A stretch of DNA of 64,000 nucleotides from Candidatus Babeliales bacterium (GTDB lineage Bacteria > Babelota > Babeliae > Babelales > JANWKD01), in NCBI GenBank assembly GCA_963701665.1, contig OY969622.1:640001-704000 (forward strand). Reading direction: 5' to 3'. The notes beneath the pieces were generated by a model. The model did no database searches. It was not told the DNA's origin and saw only the letters and a list, made by a program, of their open reading frames with translations. A program made the translations under genes and the position numbers. Below, in pieces: positions 1 to 9,334 of this stretch. The first letter of the stretch is position 1, and each line of letters starts with the position of its first letter.

Positions 1-146
1 TGCTGGTTTCATAGCACTAAATATTCCTTTCGTAATGGTAGTGTGCTTTGGCTTTTGTCCTTGTTATATTTTTATTTTTGTTTTATGTTGTTGTACTAAA
101 TTTATACTATTGTAGCGTACCATTATTTGGAAGAAATGGAATCATC

Positions 147-1814
147 ATGACTATTACTGAATCTATTCGTGCATTATGTTTATACATCTTATGTGTAGGT
201 GCCGTAGCAGGCATCTATATTCTTTATAGAAAACAGGAATCATTTTCACTAGCTTTAGAGGAACTGCACCGAAAAGAATATGAAGTAACGCCGATACCAC
301 CATTACCTCCATTGCCTCCCAGAGAAACGGCTATCGTAGAGAAACTTGTCTCACGCCAACAATCCTGGAGTGATTTGCAAATAATGGTGAAAGATACGGT
401 GGTACAAATTTTTGCGCAAAAAGCGGTACCAGATATTTTGCAGCCCTATAGAACACCAACGCCATGCCAATCAACGGGTAGTGGTTTTTTTATCAATGAA
501 GATGGCGAGATTGTTACCAATGCTCATGTCGTTGATCAAGCAAAATCAGTGTGGATTCAAATTCCTTCACTTGGTAAACAGCAGATCGATGTTACTATCG
601 TTGGCGTGAGTCCTGATCGTGATTTAGCATTATTAAAGGTGAAGCCAGAAGGTTTAGAAACCATAAAACAAGATATTGGAGAGATTAAATTTTTGAATTT
701 GGGGGACTCTGATTATGTACACCGCGCGGATGAAATTATGGCGCTCGGCTATCCGTTGGGGCAACAAAGTTTAAAAAGTACGACGGGTGTTGTGAGTGGC
801 CGCGAGCAACATTTAATTCAAATTAGTGCGCCAATAAATCCCGGAAATTCTGGCGGGCCATCTTTAAATATTCGTGGAGAAGTTATCGGTATTAACACTT
901 CATATGTTCCCGATGCACAGAGTGTAGGTTACATAATACCGATTAATGAACTTAAGATAGTACTTGATGATTTGCGTAAAATTAAGTTGTTAAAAAGACC
1001 ATTTTTGGGGGTGTTATTTAATAATGCCAGTGAAGCATTAACGCAATTCTTAGGAAATCCACTTCCCGGTGGTTTATATGTTGTTGATATTTATAAAGAT
1101 AGCCCATTGCACAGAGCAGGTGTGCAAAAGCGCGATATGATTTATGAAATTAATGGGCACAAAATAGATCTGTATGGAGAACTTTTGTGGCATGAAGATA
1201 AGATTTCCATTGTTGATTATGTTGCTCAAATGAAGTTGGGCCAAGAAGTCAAATTGGTAGTCTATCGTCAAGGCGTACGCAAAGAATTTATTTTTGCCTT
1301 TGATCAATCTGAATTTTTACCAATTCACAAAATATATCCCGGCTATGAAGAAATAGAGTATGAGATTGTTGCGGGCATGGTTGTGCAACCATTAACCACA
1401 AATCATTTGCCGATCTTGGTAAGTATTGCGCCTGGATTAACGCGTTATGCAGAAATGAAATCTCAAATGGAACCCGCATTGGTTATTACTCATATTTTCC
1501 CTGATTCACAAGCGCAACGTTCACGTTCATTAATGCCCGGAGGCATTTTAAGTGAGGTCAATGGGATTCGCGTAAAAACATTAGAAGATTTGCGCCAAGC
1601 TTTATTCAAAAGTTTTGATACTGGCGTGGTTACTATTGAAACAACTGAGTCGGTTTTTGTTGTTGTGCCATTCAAAAAAATTATTGAAGATGAGCAACGG
1701 CTTTCAAAAGATTATTTCTATCCTTTAACACAGGGTGTGCAAGCAATCATTGAAAAGTTTGAAAAAGACAATGGCAATCAGGAGCAAAAAGCTTCTGATG
1801 TTTCATCAAAATAG
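147..1814 (+). CDS. htrA: HtrA/DegP-family serine protease with PDZ domains
   Basis: Triad motifs TNAHVV, DLALL, PGNSGG; two PDZ-like regions; N-terminal TM. ATG at 147 preferred over TTG at 48. Confidence 0.9.
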   Translation: MTITESIRALCLYILCVGAVAGIYILYRKQESFSLALEELHRKEYEVTPIPPLPPLPPRETAIVEKLVSRQQSWSDLQIMVKDTVVQIFAQKAVPDILQPYRTPTPCQSTGSGFFINEDGEIVTNAHVVDQAKSVWIQIPSLGKQQIDVTIVGVSPDRDLALLKVKPEGLETIKQDIGEIKFLNLGDSDYVHRADEIMALGYPLGQQSLKSTTGVVSGREQHLIQISAPINPGNSGGPSLNIRGEVIGINTSYVPDAQSVGYIIPINELKIVLDDLRKIKLLKRPFLGVLFNNASEALTQFLGNPLPGGLYVVDIYKDSPLHRAGVQKRDMIYEINGHKIDLYGELLWHEDKISIVDYVAQMKLGQEVKLVVYRQGVRKEFIFAFDQSEFLPIHKIYPGYEEIEYEIVAGMVVQPLTTNHLPILVSIAPGLTRYAEMKSQMEPALVITHIFPDSQAQRSRSLMPGGILSEVNGIRVKTLEDLRQALFKSFDTGVVTIETTESVFVVVPFKKIIEDEQRLSKDYFYPLTQGVQAIIEKFEKDNGNQEQKASDVSSK

Positions 1815-1854
1815 ATACGGTGTGATTGCTGAGTATTGTAAAATTGGTAAAGGC

Positions 1855-1951
1855 GTCATCCCGAGGCGCTAGCCGTGGGGATCCAAACTTTAATAAATTC
1901 CTTTAATGAGCTAATTTTATAATTGGATTGCCACGCTTCGCTCGCAATGAC
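1855..1951. repeat. Palindromic repeat core, copy 1 (GTCATCCCGAGG...CTCGCAATGAC)
   Basis: Near-identical to the core at 26332-26429; lies between convergent genes; a TIR-like end TCAAATTTGAGTTA at ~1996-2009. Confidence 0.9.
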
Positions 1952-2012
1952 ACCTTTGTTTTCAGTGTTGTCTTGCACAGTCAAGTTTGATTGTATCAAA
2001 TTTGAGTTAAAT

Positions 2013-2369
2013 CTAGGCTTGCTCATCAATGAGCTTGCATAATGTTATTGCGGCTTCTACTATTTCGAAATTATTATTCTGCTGCGCATCATTTTGCGCA
2101 GCGAGTAATGCTGAATAATAAATGGTCTGGAAATTGCCGAGGGGAAAGGTGTAATACGCCTTTGTTCCTTGGCTTTCTTCACAATTGATAGCAAGAAACC
2201 AAAGCCCATAATCATGCCAAGCGTGCGTTGTTAAAAACTGATCTTCTTGTGCTTCTGTAGGTTTTTCTTTTTCCCAGATTTTTTTATTTTTAGTAAATTT
2301 TCCTTGTTTAATCAGTTCCTGTGCGAATGCAAATGCATCCTTGTTGAGACGAAGATTTAAAGTAGCCAT
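2013..2369 (-). CDS. Conserved hypothetical protein (118 aa)
   Basis: ATG at 2369 with AGGA RBS avoids overlap with tlyA; contains W...P...E..F and Y.FP.G.F motifs. Confidence 0.7.
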   Translation of the reverse strand: MATLNLRLNKDAFAFAQELIKQGKFTKNKKIWEKEKPTEAQEDQFLTTHAWHDYGLWFLAINCEESQGTKAYYTFPLGNFQTIYYSALLAAQNDAQQNNNFEIVEAAITLCKLIDEQA

Positions 2370-2453
2370 CGTGTTTTTTCCTTGAGGATAGTATGCTATA
2401 TTTGAAATGGTTTTTTGTTGAGCGTACCGAGTGAATAAAAGAAAAATCAAGAG

Positions 2454-3191
2454 ATGAAACAAAAAAAACGCCTTGATCAACTTGTTCAAGAACGTAATCC
2501 TTCCTTGAGTAAAACATATATACAAAGTTTAATTATGCAAGGGAATGTTTTGGTGGATGGCAAAGTGTGCACCAAATCAGGCACGCAAGTGGCCGATGAG
2601 GTGGTTATTACCCTCGTTCAAAATGAACAAAAATTTGTTTCGCGCGCGGGTTATAAATTAGAAAAAGCACTCGACTTCTTCAAGGTAAACGCTCAAGACA
2701 GCATTGTTTTAGATGCGGGGCTATCCACGGGGGGATTTGCGGATTGTTTATTGCAACATGGTGCCAAAAAAATTTACGGCATTGATGTTGGCTACGGCCA
2801 AGCGCATGAAAAAATTCGCCGCGATCCGCGCGTTGTGGTGATGGAAAAAACAAATCTGCGCCATCTTGATGAGCTTCCCGAGCTTGTTGATCTCGTTACG
2901 CTCGATCTTTCATTTATTTCCGTTCTTAAAGTTATCCCTACTATAAAAAAACTTATGAAGCCCGAAGCGCATCTTATTGTACTCATAAAGCCACAATTTG
3001 AGGCCCGCCGTGAGCAGGTGGGTAAGGGTGGTATTATTAAAGACCCCAAGGTTCATGAAGAGGTAATTCATAACATTGTTCGAGGAATTACCCAAGAAGG
3101 CTTTTCATATCTTGGTGTTACTGATTCACCCATTACCGGTACTGATGGGAATAAAGAGTTTCTAGCCTATTTTAAAAAGAATATTGTTTAG
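2454..3191 (+). CDS. tlyA: TlyA-family rRNA 2'-O-methyltransferase
   Basis: S4 domain (KKRLD), FVSRAGYKL, LDAGLSTGGF, DLSFIS, LIKPQFE, GTDGNKEF. Confidence 0.95.
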   Translation: MKQKKRLDQLVQERNPSLSKTYIQSLIMQGNVLVDGKVCTKSGTQVADEVVITLVQNEQKFVSRAGYKLEKALDFFKVNAQDSIVLDAGLSTGGFADCLLQHGAKKIYGIDVGYGQAHEKIRRDPRVVVMEKTNLRHLDELPELVDLVTLDLSFISVLKVIPTIKKLMKPEAHLIVLIKPQFEARREQVGKGGIIKDPKVHEEVIHNIVRGITQEGFSYLGVTDSPITGTDGNKEFLAYFKKNIV

Positions 3192-4417
3192 CAATTATTC
3201 TTTATGTGATTAATTCTTTGAGTTACGGTGGTTGCTATTTTTTGTAGGGTAGCATCATAATGAAAACGATCAGGATGGAATTTTAATACTTTTTGCATAC
3301 ATGCTTGCTTAATGTCATTTTTTTGAGCAAACCGTGATATTTCTAAAAATTCTTCTCGTGATGTTTGCTTGATTATTTTATTGTACAATTCGCAAAGTTC
3401 TTGTTCTATCGGATTTTGGTATTTAGAAGAATCGATGAGTTTGCCATTATATTGATCTTTGTTTGTGGCATTATAGGTAGTATTGTTACTTTTTCTGTTT
3501 GTCTGGTCATTGTTATAATTATATGAATAGGATTTACTTGAATTTGAATACTCTTTTTTCCCATGAAGTGCATTATAAAATTCTTCGCATGAAGATGTAG
3601 TGAATGTTTCTTTGAATTCTGCTGTTTTAAATCTATCAAGAGGCATAGATGAATTTCTTGTATAGGTAGCTTCCTTACAAGGACGCTTCAAGATTAAGAA
3701 AATCTTTTGATATAATTCAAGGCGTGCTTTGCTTTTTTTATCAAGGTTTTGATAATTTTGCATCATCTGATCAATGTGAGTTTTGGCTTCAACATAAAAT
3801 GTGTAAAGATGCATTGGTTCAAAATGAGGCTGTAGCATTGCGAGTGCGCCAACATTTAAAGTTCTCACTGAAAGTAACAATGCATAGCCATCAATGTGGG
3901 CTCCATATTTAATGAATAATTCAATGATTTTTTCTTGATCTTTTTCTGGGAGATTTTGTGTTATTTTTATCGCAAAGCAGAGTGCATTTAATGATGTATA
4001 TTTTGACTCATAATTGATGAAACCTGTTTTTTGCATGTCTGCAAGAAGTTCTTCAAGGGTTAAGTAACTAAAAAGAGTAGATTTGCCATTTTTTATTTTT
4101 TCTTCGATAGCACCAAGCATACTGTGATAATAATTTGATTTGTAGTAGCTGATTTTATCTTGATAGGCTTCGTAAAATTTTTTAAAGCTATCGGCAAACC
4201 AAAATTGTGATGGTGAAGATGAGAATGTTCTATTTTTTAAAGAATGATGGTTGTATAAACTTGATGTTCGCCCTTCCAACGCAAAAGTGCTGCTTATATA
4301 TTTTGATAAAGTCGATAGAGAGCGTTCTCTTAGATGATATTTAGGCAATTTTGACATGCCAAAAAGAGATGAAGAACTAAATAATATAAGAATGAAAAAA
4401 AAGCTTTTAACCTGCAT
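3188..4417 (-). CDS. Exported protein with an ankyrin-like segment and C-terminal J-domain
   Basis: Signal peptide MQVKSFFFILILFSSSSLFG; KFHPDR J-domain motif near the C-terminus; ankyrin-like ALCFAI...IIELFIKYGA. Confidence 0.75.
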   Translation of the reverse strand: MQVKSFFFILILFSSSSLFGMSKLPKYHLRERSLSTLSKYISSTFALEGRTSSLYNHHSLKNRTFSSSPSQFWFADSFKKFYEAYQDKISYYKSNYYHSMLGAIEEKIKNGKSTLFSYLTLEELLADMQKTGFINYESKYTSLNALCFAIKITQNLPEKDQEKIIELFIKYGAHIDGYALLLSVRTLNVGALAMLQPHFEPMHLYTFYVEAKTHIDQMMQNYQNLDKKSKARLELYQKIFLILKRPCKEATYTRNSSMPLDRFKTAEFKETFTTSSCEEFYNALHGKKEYSNSSKSYSYNYNNDQTNRKSNNTTYNATNKDQYNGKLIDSSKYQNPIEQELCELYNKIIKQTSREEFLEISRFAQKNDIKQACMQKVLKFHPDRFHYDATLQKIATTVTQRINHIKNNC

Positions 4418-4680
4418 TTTTAACCCCATTTTTTTTATCAATATAAACATATATAAAATTAACTTATTAAAAAAATTATCATTTGTCAAATTTATGCCCG
4501 AATTTAACTAAATTATCCTATATATTTACATACTGAAATGACCATGATGTGGTCTTATTGACAGCCTGTAACATTCGCTGTTTTAGGGGTCATGATGCTG
4601 TATTTTAAATTATTGTCATAAAAGTGCATGATACGGTATGGTAAAGACAGAAGAAAAGATCATTTTCAAAGGGAGTGTGT

Positions 4681-4998
4681 ATGAAGCTTTATATATTCTT
4701 ACTATTCTTTTGTTTGCATATAATTCATCAAAATTCTTTTTGTATGGAAGCCAAGTTAAACCATGAAGTTCCGAAATCGATGCTCAAACCGTGGAATGCA
4801 AGAGCTGCAAGACCAGGTTGTTTGGTCGCTTATAAAGATGGAGAAATATTTCGTAGTGCTCAATTACATGGGAAAGAAGGCAAGGATGATATGTATTCTA
4901 TAATTGTGGCGCTTGATAAGAAGAACAATGGAGTAATAACATCGCAAGGCAAAGCCGTTTCGGAAAGTCGTTTAAGACTCATTGATCAGAATCGATAA
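4681..4998 (+). CDS. Hypothetical exported protein
   Basis: GGGAG RBS and hydrophobic N-terminus. Confidence 0.6.
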   Translation: MKLYIFLLFFCLHIIHQNSFCMEAKLNHEVPKSMLKPWNARAARPGCLVAYKDGEIFRSAQLHGKEGKDDMYSIIVALDKKNNGVITSQGKAVSESRLRLIDQNR

Positions 4999-5068
4999 TT
5001 TTTTTCCAAAATTCAACATTCAGATTAGCTTTTTTCTTTTTTTTTGATATTTCTAGAGAATATACTAT

Positions 5069-5145
5069 GCGCCTGTAGCTCAATTGGATAGAGCAACGGA
5101 CTTCGAATCCGTAGGTTGCAGGTTCGACTCCTGCCGGGCGCACCA
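5069..5145 (+). tRNA. tRNA-Arg(TCG)
   Basis: Cloverleaf: acceptor GCGCCTG/CGGGCGC, anticodon arm ACGGA-CTTCGAA-TCCGT, T-loop GTTCGAC, encoded CCA. Confidence 0.97.
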
Positions 5146-5290
5146 ATCTACGCCTGCATGGGGAAAAACTTCGATGTTACATTTGGCTACGATCGGCTTT
5201 GCCAGCTTCTTTAAGGAAATGATGGCGTAGATTGCCCGTCGAAGCTCAATTTTGCTTCGAAGATATTCCATTGCAAGCGAAGACTGGGCA
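5146..5290 (+). repeat. Structured palindromic element directly after the tRNA CCA (copy A)
   Basis: Stems ATCTACGCC/GGCGTAGAT and TGCCC...GGGCA with CGAAG motifs; homologous to 19365-19515. Confidence 0.7.
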
Positions 5291-5312
5291 GCTGAGCTAA
5301 AATAATTTTATT

Positions 5313-5579
5313 ATGTTTTACGTATATTTTCTTAAATCATTAAAAAACACTAACCAATCATATATCGGGTATACAACTGATATACATCAACGTTTAGAAG
5401 CACATAATGCTGGCAAATCACCCTATACAGCAAAGTATAAGCCCTGGGAATTGCTTTTCTATGTTGCTTTTAAAAATATGGAAGAAGCCAAAAACTTTGA
5501 ATTATATTTAAAAGCACCTTCAGGTAAAGCATTTATTAAAAAAAGGCTCATATTTTTACGAAAAGGTAAGTGGGTATGA
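5313..5579 (+). CDS. Small GIY-YIG nuclease (YhbQ/UPF0213-like)
   Basis: FYVYFLKS...YIGYT.D...RL..HN.G and A..FE.YLK motifs. Confidence 0.9.
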   Translation: MFYVYFLKSLKNTNQSYIGYTTDIHQRLEAHNAGKSPYTAKYKPWELLFYVAFKNMEEAKNFELYLKAPSGKAFIKKRLIFLRKGKWV

Positions 5580-5825
5580 ATCAAGGTGTTTTAGAGATTC
5601 TATATCAACATCAATATCTAATGCAGGCCAATGAAGATGTTTGTTATGAAATAATTCTAAATTATATATTTGCTCTACTGTGGCCTTTAAAAACCATGGA
5701 AATTCCGAAAAAGGCATAAAGAATTCTTTTTCATTTACTAATAACCAAATCCCATGATTTGAAATAGTTTGAATTTCAGCTTTAGCTAAAATGTTTTTTC
5801 CAGGCTTTTTCAATTTCTTTGGCAT
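5556..5825 (-). CDS. DUF2442-family protein (putative antitoxin partner)
   Basis: GIWLL...F..FPWF..AT and LHWP.LD.D motifs; overlaps the upstream DUF4160 gene. Confidence 0.8.
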   Translation of the reverse strand: MPKKLKKPGKNILAKAEIQTISNHGIWLLVNEKEFFMPFSEFPWFLKATVEQIYNLELFHNKHLHWPALDIDVDIESLKHLDSYPLTFS

Positions 5826-6018
5826 GTGTTTCAACCACCTTGACAAGTTCTCTTAATTGACGATCTGAAAAACCACTAAAATCAGCAAGAGCAACAACAG
5901 GTTCTATCCAGAATTTTGCTTCTCCTTCAGGCGATAAAACATGAATATGCATTCTCGATTCTTCGCGCGAGAAGAAAAAAAATCTATAATTTTTATATCT
6001 AAATACCGTTGGGCTCAT
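5782..6018 (-). CDS. DUF4160-family protein (putative toxin)
   Basis: MSPTVFR...YRFFFFSREE.RMHIHV....EAKFW and C-terminal W..HF. Confidence 0.85.
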   Translation of the reverse strand: MSPTVFRYKNYRFFFFSREESRMHIHVLSPEGEAKFWIEPVVALADFSGFSDRQLRELVKVVETHAKEIEKAWKKHFS

Positions 6019-6200
6019 TAAATATACTTATTTTAATAATTAATGCTTAATGACTTATTTGAGTTTCTTTAATCAGCATAATTAGAATAGATAAAAAATT
6101 CTATAATTAGAATAAATTCATCATAATTATACCTGTTTGATTATATAAAATGGCTTTAAAATCGCCTTTTTTTATTTTTTAGTATACATTTTATTCGCAG

Positions 6201-6277
6201 GCGCCCGTAGCTCAGATGGATAGAGCGACAGATTCCTAATCTGTAGGTCACCGGTTCAAATCCAGTCGGGCGCACCA
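6201..6277 (+). tRNA. tRNA-Arg(CCT), integration target
   Basis: Acceptor GCGCCCG/CGGGCGC, anticodon arm ACAGA-TTCCTAA-TCTGT, T-loop GTTCAAA, CCA; one C-A mismatch in the T-stem. Confidence 0.95.
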
Positions 6278-7732
6278 GTTTCCAGTTTTTACCGTGTTCA
6301 TAATCTCATTGAACACGGGTTTCATCTCTACATCGAACTTTTCATCTTTGTATGAGCAGTTCAAAACTAAAAGGTCAATCAATCGTCGTTTTTGTTTGGT
6401 ATTTTGATTTTTAAACAGCCCAGCGGCTTTTTTGGAGAGTTCTAAGATAAGATTGGCATTTTCTAGGTAATGAGAATCAGCCCGTTGAGTAGCAAGCAAT
6501 TTTACCGTTAATTGTTCTTTTTCTTCGATCCATTCCTTGGTATGCTGCTGCCAAAATTCTTCACCAATCTTGTTATCAAGCTTGTCTAAATATGCTTGAT
6601 CAATGCGATTTTGCAGGACTTTAATATGTTTTTCCAATTGAAGCACTAAGTTATTATGATATTCTATCTTTTCTTTATGACTTTCGCGTAGCCCTTGCAA
6701 AATTTTTTCTTGAATTTCATCAGAAACTTGAATATCGTTCAAGAGGTCTTGAAAAGTATTTTCTATTAATTCTTGCCTTAGGTAATTTTGCTTGCAATTA
6801 CCCTTATACCCCGTGCAATGATAGTAAATATATTTTTCTTTCTGAATCTGTGCACTTAGAGAACAACTGCAAACTCCACATCGAATAAGATTAGAATAGG
6901 TAAAAAGGCCCTTTTTTGACTTGTTTTTATAAGGGTTTTTGAGAATTTTTTGTACTCTTTGGAACAAATCTTTACTTATTATTGGCGTATGTGAAGCACC
7001 TTCATATTTCTTACCTTTCCAGAAGAAGACACCGGTATAAAATTCATTTTTTAATATGATATCTAAAATGCTGGAATAGAAATTTTTTCCATTTCGATAG
7101 ATCATGCCATCAGCAATCATTTTTTTTCTAAGTGACTGTAATGAGTATGAACCTGTGGCATATAGCTCAAACATTGTTTTTACATATGGTGCTGTATTTG
7201 GGTCGAGTTTTATGATGCTTTTACCATTTTCTTTAACATTTATATATCCAAAGGGTGCCCATGATGGATATATACCCTGAGCAGCTTTTTCTGACATGCC
7301 TTTTTTAACTTCTTCGGAAAGATTATCTACATAGTTTTTGGCCATTAATGCTTTGATACCGAAAATAAATTTTTCATTAGAGCGTGAATCTTTACTAAGA
7401 ATTACATTTTCTTTGACAAGATGAACTTTGATATCAGAATATTCAATTACTCGATCAAGCAAAGCATAATCTGCTATATTTCTTAAGAGTCGATCAGTTT
7501 TTTCAACTAAGAAATGTTTAACATTTTTATTTTCTTCCAAGAAACTTAGCAGTTTATTGAATTGAGTTCGGCCTGCTTTTTTTGCTGTTTCGACATCAGT
7601 AAATTCTTCTACAATTCTAAAGTTATTTTTGGATGCATATTCTTTTAACAATTTGAGTTGCGCGGGGATGGAAAATCCTTCATTTTCTTGTTCTTTTGAG
7701 GAAACTCGGGCATAAATTATGGCTTTATTCAA
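6248..7732 (-). CDS. Large serine recombinase (resolvase + recombinase + Zn ribbon)
   Basis: IYARVSS catalytic motif, DRLLRN, APFGY, CGVC...YYHC Zn ribbon; 3' end antisense to the tRNA. Confidence 0.95.
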   Translation of the reverse strand: MNKAIIYARVSSKEQENEGFSIPAQLKLLKEYASKNNFRIVEEFTDVETAKKAGRTQFNKLLSFLEENKNVKHFLVEKTDRLLRNIADYALLDRVIEYSDIKVHLVKENVILSKDSRSNEKFIFGIKALMAKNYVDNLSEEVKKGMSEKAAQGIYPSWAPFGYINVKENGKSIIKLDPNTAPYVKTMFELYATGSYSLQSLRKKMIADGMIYRNGKNFYSSILDIILKNEFYTGVFFWKGKKYEGASHTPIISKDLFQRVQKILKNPYKNKSKKGLFTYSNLIRCGVCSCSLSAQIQKEKYIYYHCTGYKGNCKQNYLRQELIENTFQDLLNDIQVSDEIQEKILQGLRESHKEKIEYHNNLVLQLEKHIKVLQNRIDQAYLDKLDNKIGEEFWQQHTKEWIEEKEQLTVKLLATQRADSHYLENANLILELSKKAAGLFKNQNTKQKRRLIDLLVLNCSYKDEKFDVEMKPVFNEIMNTVKTGNWCARLDLNR

Positions 7733-8424
7733 ATGAGACCTAATATTTTAAAAATGTTGTTCCATTCATCTTTTGATGAGAAATTTTGAATATAAAAATT
7801 CTTTATGCGATCTATTTGCCAGTCTGTTTTATAATCTTCATTAGTATCAATAGCTACTAAAATAAAGTTACATTTAGGGAATTTAGCTGATAAAATGTTT
7901 CTCAATTTTATTATTTCATCCCTAGTTTGTGGGTTGAGATCTAAATTCCAAGGTCTTGTACCTGCGCTAAGTCTGAAAAAATATACCGTTTTTCCAGAAT
8001 TTAGTACGTTATAAAGTCGTTCGATTCTTCTATTATATTTTTCTGCTACATCTTCAATAAAGTCTAAATAATTTTCTTTTATGTACTCGACTCTACCTTC
8101 TGTTCGCTCTGCAGGAAAATCATGATGGAAAGCAATTGTATATTTTTTGTTAAGAATAAAAGTTTTTTCAAAGGTCAAATATTGTGGATTTAAAAAATCT
8201 GAAAAATCATCCTCAAATAAATCACATACACCATTAAAAGAACTACGAACCCAATCAAATGGAAAAGCAGTGCATCGAATATTATTGGTTCTGAGCATAT
8301 CTGCTGGCGTGCAACTAAATCCAAGACTTATAGTAATAGGATCGGGAAAGCTATCAAGGCTATTTTGTTCAAAGGCTATAGTTTTACAAACTATAAAAAA
8401 AATTAAAATTAAAGTCTTTTTCAT
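7729..8424 (-). CDS. DUF1796 putative papain-like cysteine peptidase, with signal peptide
   Basis: ISLG..C...LR....R..AFPFDW, F.HDF and KY.RRI.R motifs. Confidence 0.8.
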   Translation of the reverse strand: MKKTLILIFFIVCKTIAFEQNSLDSFPDPITISLGFSCTPADMLRTNNIRCTAFPFDWVRSSFNGVCDLFEDDFSDFLNPQYLTFEKTFILNKKYTIAFHHDFPAERTEGRVEYIKENYLDFIEDVAEKYNRRIERLYNVLNSGKTVYFFRLSAGTRPWNLDLNPQTRDEIIKLRNILSAKFPKCNFILVAIDTNEDYKTDWQIDRIKNFYIQNFSSKDEWNNIFKILGLI

Positions 8425-8449
8425 TTTTCTTCTTTATTGTTTAAAAAAT

Positions 8450-8492
8450 ATAGTCCCTTATAAGAGAGATAGAAACTCTTATAAGGGACTAT
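8450..8492. terminator. 17-bp-stem hairpin, probable terminator of the NUDIX-rSAM-MTase operon
   Basis: ATAGTCCCTTATAAGAG / CTCTTATAAGGGACTAT perfect inverted repeat just past the MTase stop. Confidence 0.7.
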
Positions 8493-8499
8493 TTTAAAT

Positions 8500-9333
8500 T
8501 TAGCTATTCTTTTCTGGAAAAATACCATTTAACGCTTGAAATATTTCTTGATTAAAAGACAACGTATTTGTTGATTGTTTGTTTCTAAAGCAAAACATTT
8601 TTGCATAAGCATCAGGAGTAAACTCTTTTTTTGATAAGACATCATCTTCTGCATTTAGACTTACAACTATATCATCAAAGTTATTTGGAGCAGCTCTAGG
8701 AGTTTCTGTTATAATTTCTCCATCCTGTCTACTTAATAAATATTTTTCGATAAATGGAATACTCGGCTCTTTTTCTGCGCGCTTATCGTTGAAGGGTGGT
8801 GTTTCGATAATAACCGTATCACCTAATTCAAAAATAACATCAGTAATTTCTTTCCAAGGACTCATATGGTGCAGGACATTTAATGCCAAGACAACATCAA
8901 AATGCTCATGTTTAGCTAATAATTGAAGATCTTCAAGAGAAAGAGCTCGTTTGAGGTAAATAAGATTTCGCACTTCTGTATTGAATTTGCAAATATTAGC
9001 TAATCTATCTGATAAATCGGCCATTACACAAGTTGCTTTAAAATCTTTTGCTAGCCTCAAGCTAAAGTAACCATTACTTGCACCAATATCAAGAATCTTT
9101 ATTGGTCTTTTATATTCAGCTAATGCCGCTTTTATTGCTTCATAACGTGAAGGACAGTCAGGACCAACTCCTTTAAAAATAACTTCATTATTTATCATAA
9201 TATCTTGATAAGGAAAATATCTTTCACATGAAAGTTTTTCTAGAATTTCTTCTTTGCTCATTACATCGCAAGCATATGAAGTACCGCTTGCTAGGATTAA
9301 AACCCCATAAATAAAAAATAATTTAGTTTTCAT
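8500..9333 (-). CDS. Class I SAM-dependent methyltransferase with signal-like N-terminus
   Basis: ILDIGASNGYFS motif I, FDVVLALNVLHH; ATG at 9333, one nt after the rSAM stop. Confidence 0.85.
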   Translation of the reverse strand: MKTKLFFIYGVLILASGTSYACDVMSKEEILEKLSCERYFPYQDIMINNEVIFKGVGPDCPSRYEAIKAALAEYKRPIKILDIGASNGYFSLRLAKDFKATCVMADLSDRLANICKFNTEVRNLIYLKRALSLEDLQLLAKHEHFDVVLALNVLHHMSPWKEITDVIFELGDTVIIETPPFNDKRAEKEPSIPFIEKYLLSRQDGEIITETPRAAPNNFDDIVVSLNAEDDVLSKKEFTPDAYAKMFCFRNKQSTNTLSFNQEIFQALNGIFPEKNS

Positions 9334-9334
9334 A

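Noticed and set aside
48..146. N-terminal extension of htrA from TTG at 48
   Set aside because: Low-complexity T-rich sequence; ATG at 147 gives a normal TM-anchored HtrA.
5080..5271. 63-aa minus-strand ORF ending WCARQESNLQP
   Set aside because: Antisense translation of tRNA-Arg(TCG) and its downstream hairpin; not an integrase remnant.
6250..6266. T-stem C-A mismatch as evidence that integration damaged the tRNA
   Set aside because: The best crossover core lies at the CCA end, so the tRNA body is probably host-derived; a single mismatch is tolerable.
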